A DNA stretch of 64,000 nt from contig JBIPSI010000018.1 of the NCBI GenBank assembly GCA_044070495.1, forward strand, positions 1-64,000, written 5' to 3'. How positions within the stretch are numbered: the first letter of the stretch is position 1; the number at the start of each line of letters is the position of its first letter. The stretch is from Spirulina sp. (lineage in GTDB: Bacteria; Cyanobacteriota; Cyanobacteriia; Phormidesmidales; Phormidesmidaceae). This document shows, one piece after another, positions 57,138-64,000 of this stretch. Under the pieces are notes generated by a model. It had not been told where the DNA came from. It made no database searches and saw nothing but the letters and a program-made list of their open reading frames with translations. Position numbers and translations under genes: made by a program.

Positions 57138-58307
57138 TTAGCCCCCCGTCATCGCCTGGGCGAGGCCGACAAAGAGCGGAATGCACAGGGCAATGGCAAC
57201 CGGGGTGCCGATGGCGGTGGATGCCCCAATGTAGGCGGAGGGGTTGGCCGAGGGAATGCCCGCCCGCAGGGTGGGAGGCCCAGAGATATCAGAACTGGAG
57301 GCGGCAATCACGGCTAGGAGGGCAACACCGCCAGGGCTGAAGCCAGTGGCGTAGTGGGCAATCATACCGAGACCGAAGGCAATAAATCCATGGGCAAAGG
57401 GTGCGACAAAGGCGTACAGCGCATACCACTGAGCAACCTTGCGCAGTTCATTTAAGCGTGACCAGGCTTCCATACCCATAATCAACATCAGGATGGATAG
57501 CAGACCCCGGAAGAGAGGATCGTAAAAGCTCTCGTAGACACTTTCGGGCCGGGTGAGAATCCCTAAGGCAAGACCCAGCAACAGGGCCGATAGGGCAGGG
57601 CCTTGGAGGCTTTCTTGAATGATGGGCCAAATTTTAACTCGCCCACTGCCAGAGCCGCCCGACTCGCTAGCATAGGCACCGACGGAACCACCCGATTCGC
57701 CAGCATAGCTCCCTGAGGAACCACCACCCACGGCATCGGTATAGCCACCGACGGCAACGGGCTGCCTGTCCACATACTCCTGGCTGAGAAATTTCTCGTT
57801 TTTCAGGTACTTTTCGCGCTTCTGCTTGCTGGTATAAAGGCTGGCCAAAACGATGGCCGTCACCAAAGCCGAGATATCCATAAAGGGATAGAGTGCGCCA
57901 GCCCAGGCTTCAAATTCAATGCCTTGGCCCTCCAGCATCGTAATGCCAGCCACCATGGTGGAACCACTCACGGCACCGAACAAGCCCGCCGTCGCCAAGG
58001 CATCTACGGTTCTGATTCCTGGCAGCTTGGCGAAGGTGTAGCGCCCAATCAGCACGATCACAATCCCTGTGACCACCGCAAACAGCGCAGGCAGCAGCAT
58101 TTCCCCCAGGTTGGCATTGCGAATGCCCATGCCGCCCGTCAGGCCGACCTTGATCAGCAGCATGAACACGATGAATTTATAGATGGCATCGGGAATGGCC
58201 AACTGGCTACCCAGAGCCGCAATGACGACCCCGCCAATCAGAAAGCCAAGGGTTGGGGACTGCAACTGCGACCCGAACCGGGCTAAGAAATCAAGCAAGA
58301 AATCCAC
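57138..58307 (-). CDS. sbtA: Na+-dependent bicarbonate transporter SbtA
   Basis: QLQSPTLGFLIGG, GAVSGST, SSSDISGPPTLRAGIPSANPSAYIG; GTG start behind AGGAGG. Confidence 0.95.
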   Translation of the reverse strand: MDFLLDFLARFGSQLQSPTLGFLIGGVVIAALGSQLAIPDAIYKFIVFMLLIKVGLTGGMGIRNANLGEMLLPALFAVVTGIVIVLIGRYTFAKLPGIRTVDALATAGLFGAVSGSTMVAGITMLEGQGIEFEAWAGALYPFMDISALVTAIVLASLYTSKQKREKYLKNEKFLSQEYVDRQPVAVGGYTDAVGGGSSGSYAGESGGSVGAYASESGGSGSGRVKIWPIIQESLQGPALSALLLGLALGILTRPESVYESFYDPLFRGLLSILMLIMGMEAWSRLNELRKVAQWYALYAFVAPFAHGFIAFGLGMIAHYATGFSPGGVALLAVIAASSSDISGPPTLRAGIPSANPSAYIGASTAIGTPVAIALCIPLFVGLAQAMTGG

Positions 58308-58502
58308 AAAAACCTCCTTCTACTCCCCCGTAACGAGGAGCGACTCTGGTGATAAATGAGCATGAAAACGTTGAAGAAAGTAAGGGTGAAGGGCCTCACC
58401 CCTACAGCACAGGTGTGATGAAGGAACCCGCTGACAGGCGGTTCAGCAAGAACCACCCTCGAACCGGAGTTGCCAGGTGGTCGCGAACCTGTAGCGCCCT
58501 AC

Positions 58503-58518
58503 ATAGAGCTAGGTCTAT
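58503..58518. promoter_or_regulatory. NdhR/CcmR box upstream of sbtA
   Basis: ATAG AGCTAGGT CTAT. Confidence 0.65.
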
Positions 58519-58764
58519 CGATTCCTGAATCCCTATGTGCTTAAGTCTATCCCTAAAACCCAGATTCTTTTCGCTTAGATCCGCCGACTTTGAAACGCAA
58601 TGTCAAATCTGAACCATAAGTTTTTCTTTTTACTGGCAATCGTTGGCATATTCTTGGCTAATGTAAATTACTGCCCTAGAGTTTTATCAATGCTCTATGG
58701 CGTCTTATCAATACCTGGCTGTGGGTGGATACAGATAGCTGATTGCCCGACACACCTTCAAAGT

Positions 58765-58894
58765 CTGATTGACGGACAAAACTTGCTAGAACCCAGAATC
58801 ATCAAAGGGTCAGGAGACCTGACCCCTACATTATCCCAACGCTTTAGGGGCGAGGTTTTCTCGCCCGGTGCAGAATCTTGGGTCAGTCAACCAG
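58765..58894 (+). repeat. REPIN-like element, copy C (complete, with outer inverted repeats)
   Basis: CTGATTGAC...GTCAACCAG outer IR enclosing an inverted REP pair. Confidence 0.8.
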
Positions 58895-59056
58895 CTCCAA
58901 AGTAGTGGCGCGTCAGGTCTAAAATGTTCGGTCGCTCAAGTCGGCCAGGCTGTTCCAACCCTATCTAGGGGTAATCTGGGCAGGCTAACCCTTTGAACCA
59001 TGACCTGTCCTCACCCTTTAACCTCAGGGTTAGCAACAGGCGAAGCCATGGCGGGA

Positions 59057-59311
59057 TTAATCAACCCACATTTCGGGGGGTGTGGTGGCCGGAACGTAGG
59101 GGGCTGGTGGGCTAGCTTGGGCCAGGTTAAACCACCCTATCGCCAGTACTAAGCCAAACCCACAGCCCACCAAAAAGGTCCAGGCGTGGGACGCCTCCAG
59201 GACGCAAAGCAGGCGACGGTCGCCGCTATAGACCTGGACAAGCCAGCCTTCCTGGGTATTATCGAACCGGGTTCGCAGTTTAGAGGAGTCAAACTTGTTC
59301 ATGGTGTTCAC
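59057..59311 (-). CDS. Small hypothetical membrane protein
   Basis: 84 aa with one TM (AWTFLVGCGFGLVLAIGWF). Confidence 0.55.
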   Translation of the reverse strand: MNTMNKFDSSKLRTRFDNTQEGWLVQVYSGDRRLLCVLEASHAWTFLVGCGFGLVLAIGWFNLAQASPPAPYVPATTPPEMWVD

Positions 59312-59456
59312 GCAATGTTGATCGAATGGGTGTGGCGATAGCGAGGTAGAACCCGACCATGTAGATCCGCCACGATGGAAAAACCTGTCAGCCCTTCACC
59401 GGTTCAGGACGATCCTCCCAAGGCTCAAGACAGGTACAGGAGATCGCAAAAACTCT

Positions 59457-59508
59457 GTAGGGCGGGCATTCTGCCTGCCATAGCAACAGCCAAGAGGGCT
59501 GCCCTACC
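59457..59508. repeat. REP-like element GTAGGGC...GCCCTAC
   Basis: Inverted GTAG/CTAC termini with an internal hairpin. Confidence 0.55.
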
Positions 59509-59745
59509 TTAGAACGACGATCTACTGAGGATGAATCGAACCTAACGTTGGGTTAATTGAGTTGGATGGATAGCTGCCAAACGAAAGATAGAAATCTATG
59601 CTTTCGGCTTGAACGATATTTCTAAGTTTATACCTGGAGTCTTGGTAGCGACCAGGATCTACATCGGTTCACCCTCAATAATTATTTGAACCGATTCATA
59701 AGCTGTGCTTTTGAGAGGGTGATGGTCAGAGGGGTTAGGGTCGCG

Positions 59746-60675
59746 TCAATCACCAGCGTCTATGCTGGCGGGAGTTTCTTGGCTAGAGCCAAGGTGATTG
59801 GCCATGTCTTCCTTGAGTTGGGAGAGTGCCTGCCAGAGATCGGTGCGATGCAGCCAGCCGACATATCCCGCGTAGAGACAAGCGCCACTGGGGGCGATCA
59901 CAAAAACGTGATCAATGCCCAGGGGATGCCGCCATACCCGGATCACGGACTGATCCTCTAGGGTCAGAAAGGGTTCCGATTGGGGCAGGTCGCGGGGGTG
60001 GGCATCGGTCATGCCGGGGATAGCCCGCAGTTGTTCAATCACCGGGTGCTGGGTGAGGGGTTCGCTGAGGTCTTCCCCTGCCCAAAATTGGCGAATGGTT
60101 TCTACGACCCAGGGATGGTTACGCATGGCGGCATGGCTGAGGCCCTCCATCGCCACAAACTGGGCGTGGGGAACCTTGGTGCTTTCCACCGGAATGGTGC
60201 CGTCGCTGCCCCTGTCCACATCCCCCGCAATCACCAGGGTTTTGATCTGTTGGGCAAGGGTGCTAGCCATGGTTCGGCGGTCTTGGCCTAGGTCGGCGGC
60301 AATGCCCACCCCCATCTGCAAGGGGTCGATGATCCGGCCCAAATCGGCCCCGCCCACCGGAGAGGCCACCAACACCAGGGAATGGACCTGCGGCCACCAG
60401 TCGGGATGGCGGGTCAACACCTCCAGCCAAATTAGCCCGCCCATGGAATGGCCAATAATTCGCAGGGGCGCGTCTGGGTAGGTTTTCACCGCCTCCGTGG
60501 CAAGGCGTTCCACATCCTCAACGAGGGGAGCCATCCGCAGCCAGGTCATGGCATAGTTCAGGCTGGGGGCAATGATGTGGGTCTGCTCCGTGGCCAACTG
60601 CTGGGCCAGGGCAACCATGTGTTGGTTATTGTCGGCCCAGCCATGTTGGGCAAAGAGAAGATAATCTGGCGACAT
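59746..60675 (-). CDS. Alpha/beta fold hydrolase
   Basis: QHGWAD, GHSMGG, SDGTIP, SHAAM. Confidence 0.85.
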   Translation of the reverse strand: MSPDYLLFAQHGWADNNQHMVALAQQLATEQTHIIAPSLNYAMTWLRMAPLVEDVERLATEAVKTYPDAPLRIIGHSMGGLIWLEVLTRHPDWWPQVHSLVLVASPVGGADLGRIIDPLQMGVGIAADLGQDRRTMASTLAQQIKTLVIAGDVDRGSDGTIPVESTKVPHAQFVAMEGLSHAAMRNHPWVVETIRQFWAGEDLSEPLTQHPVIEQLRAIPGMTDAHPRDLPQSEPFLTLEDQSVIRVWRHPLGIDHVFVIAPSGACLYAGYVGWLHRTDLWQALSQLKEDMANHLGSSQETPASIDAGD

Positions 60676-60869
60676 CACCGATTCCTAATGACTGATTCCT
60701 AAAACCTCGAAGACCAAGGCATTGGCGCGGATGGCCATGTGGGCAACCCTGGTATCGACCGATCCTAGTGCCTCATTGTCCTGCGAGTTGGTTGAATAGG
60801 CGAGTTTATGGATTGGATGAGACGACTACATAGGATGTTAGTGACCTGATTGCAGAATATTCCATCGCC

Positions 60870-61337
60870 ATGACTCGCTTCACCACCCTTCGTCAGTTTT
60901 TGCCCATTTCAGACACCCTCGCCACCGCCGGACAGCCTACCGAAGCAGAATTTGCGGCCATTGCCCAGTCGGGCTACAAGGTTGTCATTAACCTGGCCCT
61001 GCCCACCTCTGATCATGCTTTGCCCGATGAACAGGCTACGGTGGAGTCTTTCGGGATGACCTATGTGTCGATTCCGGTGGTGTGGGAAAACCCCACGCTG
61101 GCGGATTTAGATCAGTTTTTTCAGGCGATGGATGCCCATCAGGAACACAAAATCTTCGTCCATTGCGCCCTGAATATGCGGGTTTCGGTGTTTGTCTACC
61201 TCTACCGGATACTGAGGCTGGAGATTGATCCCGCCATGGCCCAGCGAGAGTTGTTCGCCGTCTGGCAACCCAATGACCGCTGGCAACGGTTTATCGACGA
61301 GGCCATGGCATCTCACTCCAACCCTTCCCATCCCTAA
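60870..61337 (+). CDS. DUF442/PTP-like (sulfur transferase/phosphatase) family protein
   Basis: TAGQPT, VINLA, IPVVWENPT, VHCALNMRVS. Confidence 0.85.
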   Translation: MTRFTTLRQFLPISDTLATAGQPTEAEFAAIAQSGYKVVINLALPTSDHALPDEQATVESFGMTYVSIPVVWENPTLADLDQFFQAMDAHQEHKIFVHCALNMRVSVFVYLYRILRLEIDPAMAQRELFAVWQPNDRWQRFIDEAMASHSNPSHP

Positions 61338-61516
61338 ACCGATGGTCATAAAACACGAGAGGGGTTAGCCGTAGCCAACCCCTCTGATGGTGATTTGTTA
61401 CCGGTTATTGGTTGGTGGCGATTCAGTGTGAGGGGCCAGATGATCGGTAACTAAGTCGTAGACGACTAGAGGCCGACCCATTTCACCCAACACCGACACC
61501 ATCCACCAGTAAAGAC

Positions 61517-63022
61517 CTACATCACTCCGGTCATGTCGGTGGTGTCCTTCAGGAAACCGCTGTAGGCTTCCATGCCGTGTTCGCCGATATCCAGGCCCTT
61601 CATCTCCTCTTCAGCGGAAACGCGGATACCCAGGGTGGACTTCAGCACCATCCAGAAGATGGTAGTGGCCACCACGGTGAACAGACCCACGGACAGAACC
61701 CCAAGGATTTGCGCCCCCAGTTGGCCCAGGCCACCGCCGTAGAACAGGCCATTGATGGCATCTTCGGCACCGCCCTGGGTGAAGTTGTTGGCGTTGGCAA
61801 ACAAGCCCACAGCCAGGGTGCCCCAGATGCCACAAACCAAGTGGACGGAGGTCGCGCCCACGGGGTCATCAATTTTGATGCTGTCGAAGAAGCCGACGGA
61901 GAACACCACGATGATGCCCGCAATCAGTCCAATCCAGAAGGCTCCGGCATAGCCCACCACATAGCAGCCAGCGGTGACACCCACCAGACCAGCCAAGATG
62001 CCGTTGATGCTCATGGACAGGTCGGGCTTGCCGCTGAGCGCCCAGGAGGTAAAGGTGGCCGCCATGCCGCCTGCTGCCGCCGCAATGTTGGTAGTGACAG
62101 CGATGTAGGGCACAGCTAGGTCAGCCGCCAGTTGAGAACCGGGGTTGAAGCCGAACCAGCCTAGCCACAGAATCAAACAGCCCAGGGTAGCGATACTGAG
62201 GTTGTGGCCGGGGAGAGCGCTCACCTGGCCTTCGGAGGTGTATTTACCCATGCGGGGGCCAAGCAGAGCGGCACCCATGAGGGCAGCCCAGCCACCGACG
62301 GAGTGCACGATAGTAGAACCGGCAAAGTCGTGGAAACCCTGCTCGGCTAGCCAGCCACCACCCCAGAGCCAGTGGCCTGTAATGGGGTAGGCAATGGCGG
62401 TGAGCAGAATGCTAAAAATCACGAAGTCGAGGAACTTCACCCGCTCGGCTACCGCACCCGACACGATGGTGGCGGCGGTACCCGCAAAGGCCGCTTGGAA
62501 CAGGAAGAAGGTGTCCTTGGTGAGGCCGCCATCGGAGGACAGACCATAGTTTTCGGCGGGGCCACCGAGGAAGATGCCACCCCAGCCAATCCAGCCGTTG
62601 CCAGCCAGTCCACCAAACATCAGCGAGAAGCCGATGAACCAGAAGGAGAGGGTGGCGAGGGCAAACACCAGCAGGTTTTTGGTGAGAATATTCACCGCGT
62701 TCTTTTGGCGACAGAACCCGGTTTCTACCATGGCGAATCCGGCGTTCATGAAAATCACCAGGAAGGCGGCAATCAGAACCCAGATGTTGTCTAGGACGGT
62801 TTGCACATCCGCCGCCGATAGCTCATCTTGGGCGTGGGCGGCCATGCCCCAAGTAACGACAATCCCGATGGCGAGAGGAATACAGGCAAGACCAGCCCAG
62901 CTTCCAACCCGACCAAAGATCCGCTTTGCCGCTTGGTCAAAGGGCGGCACACTGGCGCTCCAGAAGGACGGCTTCGACCGCCTCCGGAACTTAGAACGAT
63001 TTTTCAACATTAAGTTAGACAT
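61517..63022 (-). CDS. amt1: Ammonium transporter
   Basis: [49 protein letters not shown]. Confidence 0.93.
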   Translation of the reverse strand: MSNLMLKNRSKFRRRSKPSFWSASVPPFDQAAKRIFGRVGSWAGLACIPLAIGIVVTWGMAAHAQDELSAADVQTVLDNIWVLIAAFLVIFMNAGFAMVETGFCRQKNAVNILTKNLLVFALATLSFWFIGFSLMFGGLAGNGWIGWGGIFLGGPAENYGLSSDGGLTKDTFFLFQAAFAGTAATIVSGAVAERVKFLDFVIFSILLTAIAYPITGHWLWGGGWLAEQGFHDFAGSTIVHSVGGWAALMGAALLGPRMGKYTSEGQVSALPGHNLSIATLGCLILWLGWFGFNPGSQLAADLAVPYIAVTTNIAAAAGGMAATFTSWALSGKPDLSMSINGILAGLVGVTAGCYVVGYAGAFWIGLIAGIIVVFSVGFFDSIKIDDPVGATSVHLVCGIWGTLAVGLFANANNFTQGGAEDAINGLFYGGGLGQLGAQILGVLSVGLFTVVATTIFWMVLKSTLGIRVSAEEEMKGLDIGEHGMEAYSGFLKDTTDMTGVM

Positions 63023-63329
63023 CTTGACAGACGTTCCTTCAACACAATCAGACAGCAAACACGGCCTATCTGCCAAACAATCCAGCGAGAGCCAGACAGC
63101 GGCGCAGCAGACTTGGTAGGGGAGCCAACCAGCTACGGTTTAGTTAGCCTATGAACCAAGATGAGACAGGTCAAAACAGCCCCCAGGTCGGCCAAGACCA
63201 ACCCTGGGAAGCCCACGCCCCATGGTTTGTTAACTAAAGCACCGTCAGCAAAAACGAATTGGCATCGCTGCAACGTTACCGTAGCTTTACAGAACAAAAT
63301 GATTCCATCAATTCTGAGGCCGTCAATCT

Positions 63330-63343
63330 GTATCAGGAAATAC
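63330..63343 (-). promoter_or_regulatory. NtcA box upstream of amt1
   Basis: tGTA-TCAGGAAA-TACa; a -10-like TGGAAT lies 22 nt downstream on the minus strand. Confidence 0.75.
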
Positions 63344-63470
63344 ATAACGCCCCAAAACGGCAGGAAAGCCCCGATTTCTGAGGGCTAGACTTGGGATTAA
63401 CGCGCCTGTAAATGAAGAAACGCGCAAAAAGGCTAGATAGTACACGCGGTGCCCTGGGCTGGTCTTGCCT

Positions 63471-64000
63471 CTAGGCCTTGCCCATGTTCTGAAGGTATTT
63501 TTGGCTACCGAGGGTCTCTAGTTGGGCCTGCTTCGCTAGAACTTCGGCCTCTAAGTTGCGGCGATATTCGGCCACCCGATCCAGCAGGGCAGGGCGATCA
63601 CAGGCCAAAATTTGCACCGCCAACAGCCCCGCGTTTTTGGCATTGCCAATGGCCACCGTTGCCACCGGAATTCCCCCCGGCATTTGTACAATGCTGTAGA
63701 GGGAATCTAGCCCCTGCATGGTGCGACTGACCACGGGCACCCCCACCACGGGCAAGGGCGTGAGGGCAGCCACCATCCCCGGCAAATGGGCCGCCCCCCC
63801 GGCTCCGGCGATAATCACCTTCAGCCCCCGTTCCCGTGCTGTTTGGGCATACTGCACCATGCGCTCTGGGGTGCGGTGGGCCGACACAATCGCTACTTCA
63901 TACGCCACCCCAAAGGCTTCGCAGACCTCCACCGCCGCCTGCATGGTGGGCAAATCCGAATCGCTGCCCATGATGATGCCAATTTCCGGTGTTGTCGTCG
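63471..64000 (-). CDS. purE: N5-CAIR mutase PurE (5' end beyond window)
   Basis: [39 protein letters not shown]. Confidence 0.96.
   Translation of the reverse strand, partial: TTTPEIGIIMGSDSDLPTMQAAVEVCEAFGVAYEVAIVSAHRTPERMVQYAQTARERGLKVIIAGAGGAAHLPGMVAALTPLPVVGVPVVSRTMQGLDSLYSIVQMPGGIPVATVAIGNAKNAGLLAVQILACDRPALLDRVAEYRRNLEAEVLAKQAQLETLGSQKYLQNMGKA

Noticed and set aside
59588..59599. ATAG-AAAT-CTAT as another NdhR box
   Set aside because: Spacer is 4 nt rather than 8
63023..63300. Glutamine (glnA) riboswitch in the amt1 leader (GAAGGAACG present)
   Set aside because: The 5' AUCGUU and central CGGAAGUA elements were not found

Overview
Chromosomal segment of a GC-rich cyanobacterium, probably a filamentous non-heterocystous Nodosilinea/Leptolyngbya-like strain (inference from gene content). 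The housekeeping backbone comprises recR, a P-type cation ATPase, ho1, mrdA, secA, csaB, ndhR/ccmR, gnd, gap1, an AGT-family aminotransferase, sbtA-sbtB, amt1 and purE (partial). Intergenic DNA is dense in REP/REPIN-like elements, MITEs and short tandem repeats. The most unusual part is an accessory block at about 27.1-39.8 kb beside the gnd 3' end. It holds two paralogous NACHT (NLR-like) genes with different N-terminal domains. It also holds six gap-free copies of a 40-bp sequence identical in register to the NACHT 3' end, which punctuate a cassette-like array. The cargo is REP elements, an orphan antitoxin-like ORF, an HTH-NACHT/2-TM module with an iterated operator-like array, and a 7-kb Nit1C (MSMEG_0565-0572-type) cluster with NtcA boxes. 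In that cluster the nitrilase has lost its whole catalytic core by an in-frame deletion and the AIRS-like gene is absent. Other notable signals: recR appears to start at ATC behind a perfect SD; NdhR boxes lie upstream of both ndhR and sbtA; SecA has a helical insertion. I saw no tRNA, rRNA, CRISPR array, integrase or transposase gene. All family calls are from motif recognition by eye, not database searches.
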